A model generated the notes under the pieces. It was not told the origin of the DNA, did no database searches, and was given only the letters and a program-made list of their open reading frames with translations. DNA of 61,742 bases, filler included, from Jimgerdemannia flammicorona (taxonomy: Eukaryota), in the NCBI GenBank assembly GCA_003990765.1. It is 3 parts of 3 records of this genome, joined end to end, with 100 filler letters (N's around TTAATTAATTAA, not from the genome) between each part and the next. Parts side by side here need not be neighbours in the genome. Positions count along the whole stretch, not along the records: positions 41,231 to 61,742 come from RBNJ01001665.1; 2 more parts are not named here. One strand, 5' to 3'. Shown here in pieces: positions 48,701 through 61,742 of this stretch. Every line of letters begins with the position of its first letter. The stretch's first letter is position 1. Both the position numbers and the translations under genes were made by a program.

Positions 48701-50844
48701 AGAAAAATGTAGTGACCTAAGATAGAAGAAGACCTGTACCAATTTGTCAAAGGGTGTGATATGTAAGTATCAAAAACAGAAATAAGATCAGTAAGACCAG
48801 ACACCTAGGTCATCAAGAATTGAGTCTATCCCCTTCCACTACATTGTAATAGATATTATTGGACTACTACCAGTAATACTATCAGGAAACTGCTATATTA
48901 TAGTTATCATAGACCTCTTTACTAAATAGATAGAAGCAGGAGCATTATAAGAAGCTAATGCTCTCTCTATAGCCAACTTCCTGTACTAAGAAATCATCTG
49001 CCACTATAAGACACCAAGGCAAATTACCACAGACTATGGCACAGAATTTGTCAATAGATTCCATGAGATAATATATCAGAAATATAAGATTTAGCATATC
49101 AAGACCACTGCATACCACTCTCAAGAAAATAGACAGACAGAGAGAACCAACAAGACCCTCAAGAACATCCTGGTGAAGATCTCAGATATATATAACAATT
49201 GGGATAACTATCTCCTAACTGCCCTCTCTGTCCTACAAGATATATGGTCACAGAGTACACACTTTACCCTAAGAGAACTGCTCTTTGGAGAAGAAGATTC
49301 TAATAGAACCTCAGCTATAAATCTAGACCTAACTGGGAGATGAGTTGACTCAGAAATCTGAAGACTATACCAAATCAGAAAGAAGGCTGAAGATTATATC
49401 ATCAAGTCACAAGCACTGATAAGAAAGAATACAGAAAAAAAAAATCAAAATCCTAGAACTTATCCAAATTAGAGAAAAGGTCCTACTGTATCAAAATATG
49501 GTAGAAGCCTCATGGTTATGAAAACTGAAGCCCAAATAGGAAGGACCCTTCTATGTGCAAGATATCAAGAGAACTACCTTCTGGCTTAGAAAACTCTCAG
49601 GGACTATACTGCCTACTATGATACATAGGAACAGACTCAAGAAGTACTATGAACCTATACAAGAGAAGTAAAACATGATGACTGCCCATGAGGTTCTAGT
49701 CTATGAATTATAACAGTATGTCCCATGACCAGCAGGCAATCTGTCTGAATCATTCTCTAAGAGATATAGTACTAATAACTACTTATTCATAAGACTTTTG
49801 AAGCTAGAGAAGTTCAAACTATCAACTGATTGGTCAAGATCAGAATCAGATCCTTACTTTATATGAAGGAAGCAACTCTTCACCATCATGCCAAAATACA
49901 TAGAGAAGATACCAGTCCATAAATACTACTTTTCAATTCCCTACCAGAGGTTATGGGATTAGCAAATTTTTCAGACTAGACTAATGAATAAGGACATTCA
50001 AGAGAAGATCCTTATTCAGGAAGAAGATATATTGGTGATCTCAGAATGATGACATCAGTATAGGAGATAGTCTTTCCTTATAAGCCACTAGATCAGAGTA
50101 CAAGAAAATCATATGGCATAACTCACCCAGGCTACAAGATGAGCAAGGATGACTAACTGTGAGTCATCATGATCACAAGATAGATATCTCGAGGAATATA
50201 AAAGAAGGATCAAGAAACTGCAGTAGCAGTAATCTAAACAAAGCACACAGAAATAGTTCTAAAGACTTACTACAAACAAAATACCTGCCACTTACCAAAC
50301 CTCAAGATCCAGGAACCACCAAGGCCCCTCAGTCCAGAAAAGGATATTCTAAGACATCAGAAGAGCTATGAGAACCTACACAAGAAGGACTCCTAGTCTT
50401 AACCTGAGTACTGATAACCCTCATCATTATATCCTCTACTACTACAAAATGGAAACAAAGATTACCATTACTACTAAATACCTCTGGATGTGACAGGAGT
50501 ATGAAATAGGAAACCTCCTCTGCCAGGAGTTCCCTCAGACCAGTCTCCAGGAGATTCAAGATATCACCCCCATAGATATATATATATGAAATAAGGATAG
50601 TAAAGAAGATTCATCAGGTCTTTAGGCATGCACTGTGGTTGATCTCCAACTTGGAGTAAACTAGGATCTCAGACTTCAAGGAACTATCAGCCCACCACAC
50701 CAATACACTAGAGGTCATGGTGACCACAGAGGCTCAGTCTACTATCATCCTCAATAGTGATAAAGTAGAGGACTTCTGGTATCCCATTCTCCAGAACAAC
50801 CCAGATCAATTCATGTAAGGATTGATCTCAACATTCTAAGGCCC
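42760..50844 (+). mobile_element. Near-complete decayed Ty3/gypsy element: 5' LTR (42760-44311), gag, protease, dUTPase, RT, RNase H, integrase, 3' LTR from 50030 (interrupted)
   Basis: PBS TGGTGCCC at 44315; knuckle YFRCGEEGHYAKSC; protease IIDTSAG at ~45880; dUTPase RSSLA..GGVIDPDYTSEI..GFGST at 46550-46960; RT MPFG, YVDN; RNase H ECLAVV, TDHSAL; integrase TDYGTEF; 50030-50844 aligns with 42760-43575. Confidence 0.92.
43184..43810 (+). pseudogene. ~208-codon ORF of unknown function inside the LTR (second copy from 50449)
   Basis: One frame METRITITTK...LNILL with two TAA stops; homologous frame in the 3' LTR with many synonymous and conservative changes. Confidence 0.7.
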
Positions 50845-53130
50845 ATCTTTCTCCACTAATATTCACATCATATAAACTTCAAAATATACTTTTGAATTAT
50901 TTATTGGAGAAAACTACTAAGGATATGGTAACAAATAAGCAAGCCAACATGCATACTGGGTTGGGTGGACCTGGGGCCTTTTACTGGCAACATATCAAAA
51001 GGGGGTATGGATTGGGGATAGGGTCTTTCAGTGGCCTGAGTGGGTAGGGTAGTTCAGGAAGTAGTGGTGGTACTGGTAGAGGAGCAGGTGGGGAGGAGGG
51101 GAGAAGTTTTATAGATATGCTGAAGGTCAGGAGATGGTCTGCTGGGTCTCATAGTGGTCAGGCAGGGGGGAAGGGAAAGTAAAGAGAAGTGGAGGCAAAG
51201 AGTTTAGCATCTCAACTGGTGGATGGAAGGGTTGGTGGTGAAGTCGCTGGGGGTGGAGGGGGGACTGCTGATGGGGGCATAACTGTGGATCAGGAAAAAA
51301 ATCCAGATGTGATGGTTGATGGAGAGGCTGGACCATCAGGCCAAAGCAGATGGAGGACCTGGCTGATGGTGTGACAGGGCTGGCAGTGGTACTATTACTC
51401 AAGAAGTCAATATTGGAGTTTGCTGTAACCTTGTACTTCTGGAACTTAGCAGTGATGGCAAGGATAGTTCTGGGGCTAATCTCTAAGCAGGTGGCTGGAG
51501 CCACCTCAGTGAGATTTCTGAAGGGGCTAGAGGGGGTTGAGGTGGGATTTGAGGAGGCAGGCCCACTGGAGGAAGCATTGAAGACAGGAGTGGCTATAGG
51601 AGAGGTGGTGGTCCCTATAGTGTATTGCTTAAGGTGGGACCCCAGGGTGGTTCAACTTTTGGTGAAGGGGGTGCCTATAGTGATGACAGCTGAGACTAGG
51701 AGGAGGGTTGAGGAGGTGATAGCAGAGTATAGCAATATAGTTAATATTGGATTTCAGATGTGGGAGGGGACTACTCTCAAGACTGGAGATGTAGATGTCA
51801 GAATTCAGCTTGCTGGAAAAGGGGCCACTGGGAAGACAAGTGACTGACCTTCAGTCATGCTGTGGGGTATCTTTATCTATAAGGTGTCAAGAGTGAAGGG
51901 GAGGGAGGAGGAGGAGGAGAATCTGCTAGAGGTACTGGAGGAGTAGAGTAGAGTAGTAGAGAGGAGGGTGAAGGCCTGGAAGACATATGTGGAGGAAACA
52001 CACTTGGAAATTGTTGAAGGGAAACATATTTGAGTAGACAAGAAAATGTGGGAGAGGACCCAGGGCTACAAGGTACAGAGAGAGCTACTGGTGAAGCTAG
52101 GAGAGAGGTATTGGTATCTGCTAGTGGTAGCAAGGATACCGGGAGAGCTAAGGCAAGTATCTGGGCTGGCAGAAATGGTATGGTGGAAGAGGTGGATCAA
52201 GAGGAGGCCAGGAAGATACCTAGCAATGATCTATATAAGAATGATATGTTTGAAGTCTGGGAGGAAGACTGGGAGGATTCCTCTACCCCTCTTGTCAGGT
52301 GAGGACCTGTAGTAAGAAAATAAGGGGCAGTGGATGTGCCAATGCATGGGGCCCAGCGAGTACAATTTGGAGTTCCAGAGGTGGAAAAGGGGGGACAGGT
52401 AGTGGCTATAGGCGAGGAGGAATTGGTGAATGTCCCTGAGGAAGAATGAGATAAGACTGCTGACATGACAATGCTGGATGGAGGTTGACCTACCACACCT
52501 GGGGGGAAGGAGGTGGGGAACTTGCTTTGGATGTATTGGATGATGAATAACTTTGCAGCTGAGGAGTTGGGGGAGGTGGACCTGAGGGTGATGAGTGATG
52601 AGTAATGGGTAAGGGTCCTGTGTGGTGATGAAGTAGTGGAGACATTGAAGGTAGAAGTACTTGCAGTTTTCCTGGAGGAGGAGGGATATGAGATTGATGA
52701 GAAGAGGAAGGCAGCACTGGCTGTAGTGGCTGGTGAGTGGGTGGTCTACTGTTGGACAGAGCATCATGGTTTACAGCTCTGGCAGGATGTCTGTCAGAAG
52801 TATCATGAGAATTTTGAGGAGAAGGAGAAGAGAGAACTGAATGAGCTTCTGGGGGGATTGGAGGTAAGAAGAATTGCAGAGAAGGGGTGGACTACAGAAC
52901 ATATCTTGGACTTGGCATGGGAGCAGATAGAGACAGAGCAATAGAGGGAGTATGGGGACTTTTCATCTAAACATTATTCCCAATGAACAGTACAACCAAT
53001 ATTTTCTCTCTTAATATGAATGGGCTACAGAGTTCAGGGCAGCATAAGAACATTTTTACTTGACTTAAGGGATTAGAGGCTGATCTCTTCCTGCTGCAGA
53101 ATATATGATACAAGGATGATATAGATCAGC
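50845..53130 (+). mobile_element. LINE family A (5' UTR, ORF1, ORF2 start at 52983), interrupted by the next LINE
   Basis: Starts atctttctcc; ORF1 DLADGVTGLAV; ORF2 MNSTTNIFSLN. Confidence 0.9.
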
Positions 53131-56100
53131 ACCTTTCTCCTGTACAATTCACATTACACAAACTTCAAGCAATGGTTTTCAATATAACTCAGAGAAAAGG
53201 TATTATAAAAATATCATCAAGTAAGAGTACTGACAGGTGTACTGGGTCAGGTGGACCTGGGACTTTCGGCTGGCAGCATGTGGGGAGAGGTTATGGATTG
53301 GAGATGGGGGCTTTTGGAGGGTCGAAGGGTAGTGAAGGCTCAGGAGGAGGACCAGTGTCTGGTGGATCTGGGGGAAGGCCTGGACCCCCCAGCTTTGCCG
53401 ACAAGATGAAGGCAAGTGGATGGCCTGCTGGAACCAGGGCAGGTGCTGCTGAGGAGAAGGGCAAGGCTAGTATCAGGAGGGGGAGTGGCCCTCAGGGGGG
53501 AGAGGTAAGCATAGGGGCTGGAGGGGCTGTGGCTGGGGGTGTGACTATTGATGGGAGTGTGACAGGGGATCAGGAAAAAAAAAGAGATGTGACAGCTGAT
53601 GGCCAGGTGGGGCAGGGGTTTCCAATGCAGAAGGAGGACCTGGCAGATGGTGTAATGGGGCTAGCAGTGGCCCCATTGCTCAAGAAGTCAATCTCAGAGT
53701 TTGTGGCTACCTTGTGCTTTCAGGGCTTGATGGTGACAGCAAGGATGGTCCTGGGGCTTATTTTGAAGCAGGTGGCTGGAGCAGCCTCAGTGAAGTTCCT
53801 AAGGGTCTAGAGGGGGTTGAGGTGGGCTTTGAGGAGGCAGGCCCACTGGATGAGACCCTGAAGGCTAGAGTAGTAGTTGGGGAAGTAGTGGTCCCCATGG
53901 TGCAGTGCTTGAGGTGGGACTCCAGGGTGGTGCAGCTTCTGGTGAGGGGGGTGCCTATAGTGACAAAGGAGGAGACTAGGAGGAGGTAGAGGAGGTGATG
54001 GCAGAGTATGGTGACATGGTGGACATTGGCTTCCAGATGTGGGAGGGGACAACATTCAGGACAGACAATGTCAATGTCAGGATTTGGCTGATAGGGAAGG
54101 AGGTCACAGGAAAGATGAGTGACTGGCCCTCGGTGCTGATGTGGGGGGCTTTTGTCTGTAAGATATCAAGGGTGAAAGGGAGTGAAGAGGAGGAGGAGGA
54201 CTTGTTGGAGGCTTTGGAGGAGTTGAGTGGTACTGTGGAGAGGAGGGTGAAAGCCTGGAAGCTGTATGAAGAGTTGATACATCTGGAGGTCATAGATGGG
54301 AAATGTATCCATACTGACAGGAGGCAGTGGGAGTGGGCCCAGAGGTGCAAGAGGCAGAGGGAGCTTTTGGCAAGTATGAAAGGAGGGGTGAAGGAGAAGT
54401 TGATTTGGGCTGAGGAGTCTGGAGGCGTCAAAGCCAGCATCTGGGCTAGCAAAGGAGGAGAGGAGGTAGAGGCGAATGAGGAAGGGGCTGGGAAGGCACT
54501 GAGCAAGGATCTCTATATCAATGGTACATTTGAAGTTTGGAAGCAGGATTTGGATAGCACCCCCCCCTCCACTTATCAGAAGGGGCCCAGTTGGGAAGAG
54601 AGGGGCAGTGGAGGATGTGCTGATGCAGGGGCCCAGCAAGTTTACTTTGGGGTCCCAGATGTGGCAAAAGGGGGCCAGGTGGTGGTGGTTGGTGAGGACA
54701 AGCTGGTGGACATCCCAGAAGAGGAGTAGGATGAGGCTGCCAGTGTGGGAGCAGATACCACAATGCTGGATACAGGGCGGCCAGGGACTTCTGGAGGGAG
54801 AGAGGTGGGGAACCTGCTGTAGATGAGCAAGGTGATGGATAACCTCGCAGCTGAGCAGTTGGGAGAAGTTGACCTGCATGTGATGCCAGAGGAGTATTGG
54901 GCTCAGATTCTGCATAGGGATAGGGTGGTGGAGGCATTGAAGGCAGAGATACTTGTGATATTCAAGGAGGAGAAGGGATATGTGGTAGATGTGGTGAGGG
55001 AGGCTGAGTTGGTGATCATTGCTGGTGAGTGGGCTGCCTATTGTTGGGCAGAGCATCATGGGTTATGTACAACTCTGGCAGGAGGCATGCCTGGAATACT
55101 GGGAGAACTTTGAGAAAAAGGAGGATGGAGTGATAGTGGAACTTCTGGCTAAGTTGGAGGCACAGGCAACTGAAGAGAAGGTACGGCTGCAGAACATGAC
55201 TTTGACTTGGTACAGGAGGAGCTGAATGCAGATTTGTAGAGGGCGCAATTGATAATCAACATTATTCCTTATGAATAGTACAACTAGAATTTTTTCTCTG
55301 AATGTGAATGGGCTATAGAGATTGGGGCAGCATAGGAACATTTTTACTTGGCTTAAGGGATTGGAGGCTGATCTCTTTTTACTGCAGGATGTATGGTGTA
55401 AGGATGAGGAAGATCAAGTGGAGTGGACTAGTGAATGGGGAGGGGCTACTGCTTGGAATGGCAAAGTGGTGATTCTGGTGAGGAAGGGTAGAGGGGACTT
55501 GGGTGGAATTCAGAGCTGGGGGGACCATTTGGTCTGGGGAGAATGGCACCGACCTGGGTGGGAATCAGTGAGGGTTGGCTCCTGCTACTGCCCTGTAGTT
55601 AGGGGTGAGCGGATTGAGTGGATTAGGGATCTGTTGGAGAAGGGTGTTTTCTTGGAGGAAGGTGTCAATGTTCTGGGAGGTGACTTTAATATGGTGTGAG
55701 ATCCACAGCTAGATAGAACTGATGGAGGAAGGAGTGCAGGTGGGAGGAGTAGTGGACTGGATAAGTGGGAGGAGGTGGAGAACCTTAGCTTCTTAGGGGA
55801 TATGGGCAGAACACAGTGGGGTGACAGGAGGGTCTATACACACTGGGTAAATGGACTGGATACAAGGATTGACTGGATTCTAATGGCCGAATGTTGGGGT
55901 GCTGATGTTTGGAGAACTCTGGAGGTGGAGTGGTGCCCTTGGTCTGATCACTGGGGGCTATTGGGGCAGGGACAGTTTGGGGGAAATAGAGATGGACCCG
56001 GACATTGATGCCTTAACTCCTCTCTGCTAGCCAAGAAGGAGTTGTGGGACCCATGGGTAGAGGATGTCCAAGTGAAGATCGCCACCTGGATACATGAGAG

Positions 56101-57802
56101 ATCATCTGTGGATATCCAGTGGATGAGGTTGAAGGAGGCTGCAAGGGTTTATTGGGGAGGAGCTGGTAGGGAGGCTGGGAGGCAGAGAAGGAAGTGAGTA
56201 TGGTGTGCTTCTAATAGGCTGATTAGATTGTAGATAGAGTGGGCCAAGTTGCTTCATTCTGAAGAGGTGGAGGATTGGAGGTTGGAGCAGGTGAAATTGG
56301 AGGTAATGGAGCTGCAATAACTATTACAAGTGAAGGAGGAGATTCGTATAAAAGGAATGGCTGCCAGACTATGATGGCAGGGGCTTGAGGAGAGAGAGCA
56401 GCCCACTAGGTATCTGTCGAGGCTTCTCTAAGCTAGGAGGGTGCACCACTGATGGGATGAGGTCTTGGAAGCCAAGGGAGTTATGGTGCATGGCATACAG
56501 CAGATCTTGGGAGTACTGAAGGGAAAATGGAGGGGTCTGTGGAGTGAGGAGGAAGGGGGGGCTGATGAAGAGACAATTGAAGACACACTGGAGGAGTGGG
56601 TGCTGCCACAGGTAGAAGGACTAGGGAATTTGATCTTACCAGTCCAAGAGGAGGAGATCCAGAGAGTCCTTGTAGCAACTAAGCTAGGGATGGCACCAGG
56701 AGAGGATGGGTTATCTTGGGACTTCTGGAAGAAGATGGCAAAGGTTCCTAGAGTGTTAGGAGAGATGACTGCCCTCTGTGACCATGTTCTTCTTAATGGC
56801 AAGTGGGTTGGCGAACAGAACTTGGGGCTGGTGGCCTTATTGTATAAAGATAAGGAGAGGAGAGAGGACTGGAAGAACTGGAGGCCAATCATACTTCTGG
56901 ATATGGACAGGAAGATGATGACTAAGGTGATTATTGCAAGGCTACAGAAAGTTGCTCAACAGGTTCTGGGTGAGGAGCAGTGAGGCTTTGTAGGAGGCAG
57001 GCTTATTAGGGATGGGACTGCCTGGGTACATGGCATCATTGAGGGGGCCCAGGCTTGTGGACTGGATGATAGACTGGTCTTTTTGGACCAGGAGAAGGCC
57101 TATGACCATATTAGGTGGGTATGGCTAGGTAAGGTGCTGGATAGAATTGATGTTCCCCCAAGGCTATGCTGAATTTGTTGGAGGGCAGTAGGGCTGCGCT
57201 GTTGTATAATGGACACCAGGGTTTGGCATTTTCCTTAGGAAGAGGGGTTCCTCAGAGAGACCCACTGTCTTCTATCCTATATGCCCTTTCATTGGAACCT
57301 TTGATGGATAGGATACGTCAGAGGGTGGTAGGGCTCTCTATATATGATGTGGTGTAGAAGGTGGGGGCTTTTGTAGATAATATGGTAGTTGGACTTAGAT
57401 CAGTAGCAGATGTTGAGGCACTCAAAGAGACAGTGGAATGGCATGAGGCACACTCTGGAGTGAAACTCAACTGGCATAAGTGTGAGACAATAGTGCTAGA
57501 GAATAGGCTGGTGGGAGGGAACATCATTGGAACAATTGTCCCCACAGGAGAGATAGTGCGGTATTTGGGCATCTTCCTTTCTGTGTATAGATCTGTCTTG
57601 CCACAAGTGTGGTAAGAGAGGAGAGTGGCCATTTGGGGAGAGGCTCTTAGAGGTTGGGGGGTTCACCACATCTCCCTGGCAGAGTGGGTGTTGATTCTGA
57701 ATGTCTACTGATTTCCCAAGCTATGGTATGTAGTCTATCACTTAGACTTCCTGGCTTGGGTAGTGAAGAGACTGACGAAACTGGCTAGAGATTGGATTTG
57801 AA
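53131..57802 (+). mobile_element. LINE family A (ORF1, APE, RT), interrupted by the next LINE
   Basis: Starts acctttctcc; motifs GGDFN, RIDWIL, SDH, WRPIILL, DQEKAYD and YLGI. Confidence 0.92.
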
Positions 57803-60800
57803 ATCTCTTTCCAGTACCATTCAGGTTACACAACCTTTGGAAGGTACTTACAACATCATTTTTAGTGAAAAGAGACTAACAACATGGCAACCGACAGGCA
57901 ACCTGAGGTGCATACTGGGCAGAGTGGCCCAAGCGCTTTCGACTGGCAGCAGGTGGGGAGGGGTCCAGGCCTGGGGGGGGGTATGAGGGGGCTGCTGGCA
58001 GGTGGATGTGGAAGGGGTGGAGGAGGTGGCAGAGGCTCAGGATCTGGGAGGGTGAGCTTCATGAAGATGGTGAAGGGGAGATAGCAGGCATCAGGGCTGG
58101 AGGACTGGCTGAAAAAGGGTAAGGAGACTGAGAAGGTGGCAGTGCAGGGGGGAGCAGCCCTTGGAAGGGGGGGCAGTGGAGCTAGGGGAGTAGTGGCTAG
58201 GGGGAGTGTGACTGCTGATGGCAATGGGACTGTCAATCTGGAAAAAAATCCAGATATGATGGCTGATGGCAAGGCTGAGCGGCTGAGGCTTAGAAGATAA
58301 GGGGACTTGGCGGATAGTGTAACGGGTCTGGCAGTGGTCCTGTTACTCAAAAAATCAATCTCGGTATTCGCTGTTACACTGTGTTTCTGGGGCCTGGCAG
58401 TGATGGTGAAAATGGTGCTGGGGCTCATTGTTAAGCAGGTGGCAGGAGCTGTGTATGTGAAGTTTTTGAAGGGACTGGAGGGAGTGGAGATGGGTTTTGA
58501 GGAGGTGGCACCACTGGAGGAAGTGCTGAAGGTTAGATTGGTGGTTGGGGAGGTGTATGTTCCGATGTCGCATTGCCTGAAGTGGGATCCCAGGGTGGTC
58601 CAACTGCTGGTGAAAGGAGTGCCAATGGTGACAGTGATAGAGACATGAAAGAGAGTTGAGGATTTCATGGCAGAATATGGCAAGGTGGTGGATATCAGAT
58701 TCAGGGTCTGGGAAGGGACCTCGCTCAGGACTAGTGATATGGATGTAAGGATTCAGCTGGCTGGAAAGGAAGCTACTGGGAAGACAAGGGACTGGCCTTC
58801 AGCAATAGTCTGGGGAGCGATCTTGTATAAGGTGACAAGGGTGAAGGGAAGTGAGGAGGAGGAGGAGGATTTATTGAAAGCGCTAGAAGAGCTAGGTGGT
58901 ACTGTAGAGAGGTGAGCAAAGGCTTGGGAGGCTTTTGTGGAGTTGACGCACTTGGAGGTGGTGGATGGAAAGTGGATTCGAGTGACCAAGGAGCAGTGGG
59001 AAAGGGCTCAGGGGCATAAGAGACAGAAAGAGCTGCTGGCCAAGCTGGATAATAGACCATGGGGGGATGCGAGCAAGGTGAAGGGTACAGGGGGAGCTGA
59101 AGCGAGTGTCTGGGCCGGCGAGGGGGAGGGGAAGGACAAGAAGGAGGCAGGGGAGGATAAGGAGAAGCCTAGTAAGGACTCATATGCTAATGGTACACTG
59201 GAGGTTTGGGAGGAGGACTGGGAGAGTTCCCCTATCCCTACCCCTCTTATCAGGTATGGCCCGGCTTCCTGAAACAGGGTGGTAGAAGATGTACCAATGT
59301 GAGGGGCCCAGAGGGTGCAATTCGGAGTTCCAGAGATGGCATATGGGAGACAGGTGGTAGTGACTGGCAAGGAGGAACTGGTGGATGTCCCGGAGGTATG
59401 GGATGAGTCTGCAAGCACTGGAGCTGACACCACAATGTTGGATGGAGGGAGGCCAGTGATTCCAGGGGGGAAAGAGGTGGGGAATTTACTTTGGATGTAC
59501 CGGATGATGAATAACCTGGCGGCAGAAGAGTTGGGGGAGGTGGACTTGCAAGTGATAAGTGATGAGCATTGGACAGGGATACTGCAGGGGGATGGAGTAA
59601 TGAAGGCATTGAAGGCAGAAATTCTTGTAGTGTACCTGGAGGAGGAAGGGTATGAGGTGGATAAGGAGAGGGAGGCAGAGATGGCAGTCATTGCCAGAGA
59701 GAGGGCTGAATACTGCTGGAACAAGCATCATGGACTGCAGCTCTGGTAGGAGGCATGCATAGAATACCGAGAGGAGTTCGAGGAGAAGGCAGATGGAGAG
59801 ATTAATGAACTGCTGGCTGGATTGGAAGCTCAGAGGGCAGAAGAGAAGGAGGTGGCTGCAGAATATAATCTGGACACGGTACAGGAGGAGATGAGTATGG
59901 AGCAGTAGAGACTGATTGACAACATAATATATTTTATTATGAACAGTACAACCAACATTTTTTCTTTAAACGTGAATGGGTTACAGGGCGCTACTCGACA
60001 TAGGAACATTTTTACTTGGATGAAGGGATTGGAGGCTGATCTCTTCCTTTTGCAGGATGTCCTGTGTGAAGATGATTCTGATAGGATGGAATGGACAAAG
60101 GAATGGGGAGGTGTGGCGATTTGGAAGGGCAAGGTTGGGATTTTGGTTCGGAAAGGCAGAGGGGAGATACAGGATGTGAGGAGTTGGGGGGAGAGACTGG
60201 TCTGGGGTGAGTGGATTTGTGCAGGCTGGGAGTCAGTTACAGTTGGCTCCTGCTACTGCCCTATAGTATGGAGTGAGAGAGTAGACTGGGTGAAAGGCTT
60301 ACAGGAGAGTGGATTACTTGCAGAGGCTGGAGTGGATATGCTTGGGGGAGATTTCAATATGGTTCAGAATATACTGTTGGATAGAACAGACAGAGGACGA
60401 GGTGCTGAGAGCAGGAGTGGAGGACTGGTGGTATGGGAGGAAGTCGAAAGATTAAGTATGCTAGTAGATACTGGTAGGGAGTGCTGGGGAAATAGGAGGG
60501 TTTATACGCATTGGGCAGGGGGTCTGGGGACAAGAATCAACTGGATTTTGACAGCCAGCTGCTGGGGCCTAGATGTTTGGAAGTCACTGGAGGTGGAATG
60601 GTGTCCATGGTCGGATCAGTGGGGGCTTTTGGGACAGGGGTGCTTTGGGAGAAGTGGGGATGAGCCTGGACATTGGCACCTCAATTCCTCTTTGTTAGAT
60701 GACAAGACCTGGTGGGATGAGTGGGCTAAAGACATTCAGCTGAGGGTGGAGAACTGGCAGCAGGAAGGGGCCTCAGTTGGGACTCAGTGGATGAGGATGA

Positions 60801-61458
60801 AGGAGATGGCCAAGATTTACTGGAGTGAAGCTGACAAGGAGGCAGGGAAGCAGCGAAGGCAAAGAGTGTGTTGGGCCTCTACTAGATTGACAAGGCTCCT
60901 GGAGAAGTGGGCAAGGCTGATGATATTGGAGAGAGAAGAAGATTGGAGATTAATGAGGGTGAAAATGGAGGTTGGGGAACTACAACAGGTGCTGTGGGAA
61001 GAGGAAGAGGCAAGGGTACAGAGCTTGGCAGCATGGCTTCGCTGGCAGGATCTGGAGGAAGGGGAGAGGCCTTCCAAGTTTCTTACAAGGGCCCTTAGGG
61101 CGAGGCAGGTACAGCAATGGTGGGAAGGGGTGTTGGACTCAGATGGTATACTGGTGCATAGTGTACAGAACATTCTTGGATCACTGAAGGAGAGATGGAG
61201 TGGATTGTGGAGTGAGGAGGAGGGTGGGGCAGATGCCACTACCATTGAATGAACATTAGAGGATTGGCACCCACTACAAGTTGAGAGGCTAGGTGACCTG
61301 GTGATGCCTGTACAGGAGGATGAGATCCACCAGGTTCTTGCCACGACAATGCCAGGTATGGCACCTGGGGAGGATGGTCTGCCCTGGGACTTTTGGAAGC
61401 AAATGGTTGGCATCCCAGGAGTAATGAGAGAGATGACAGCAATGTGCAACCTTGGACC
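57803..61458 (+). mobile_element. LINE family A (ORF1 from 57884, ORF2 from 59939), interrupted by the next LINE
   Basis: 437-aa APE-containing ORF (NVNGL, LQD, GGDFN, EGERP), followed by PGEDGLP. Confidence 0.92.
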
Positions 61459-61742
61459 ATCTCTCTCCACTACAATTCACATTACACACACTCTTCAACA
61501 CACTTTCGAAGCATTTATTGGAGAAAAGATACTAAGGCAATGTCAACCAGCAAGCAAGCCGATGCGCGTACTAGGTCGGGTGGATCTGGGGCCTTCGACT
61601 GGCAGACTGTCGGGAGAGGGTATGGTCTGGGGATGGGGTCCTTCGGTGGCTCGAGTGGGCAGGGTGGATCAGGCAGTGGAAGTGGCACTGGTGGGGGGGC
61701 TGGAGGGAAGCAGGGGAGGAGCTTTGCGGATACGCTGAGGGG
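61459..61742 (+). mobile_element. LINE family A 5' end, running off the window
   Basis: atctctctccactacaattcacattacac 5' UTR followed by a GGSGAFDWQ ORF1 start. Confidence 0.85.

Noticed and set aside
26413..61738. Many Ser/Pro/His-rich ORFs of 100-300 aa antisense to the LINEs
   Set aside because: Shadow frames of G-rich LINE coding strands

Overview
This is eukaryotic, transposon-saturated DNA. It is probably from an early-diverging (Mucoromycota-like) fungus, which I infer from the intron style and TE repertoire. Two artificial N-TTAATTAATTAA-N linkers join three contigs. Most of the window is nested, C>T/G>A-decayed mobile DNA: two L1/Tx1-like LINE families (A and B), five Ty3/gypsy LTR elements (three with a dUTPase), two copies of a ~1.18-kb LINE-mobilised non-autonomous element, a hAT-type MITE and a Sola-like transposase remnant. 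The exception is a CpG-retaining island at ~21.9-24.45 kb. It holds an 8-exon gene (~495 aa, one apparent 1-nt frameshift) with a C-terminal PD-(D/E)XK-like nuclease motif. Just upstream is a periodic array of five hairpins with a conserved (GTC)TAAAT(GAC) apex and unique, self-complementary arms, and that apex resembles the 3'-terminal stem-loop of the surrounding LINEs. This array-plus-nuclease unit is the best candidate for an undescribed system. A ~208-codon ORF inside a gypsy LTR is the next best. All calls are by eye, and most TE boundaries are approximate.
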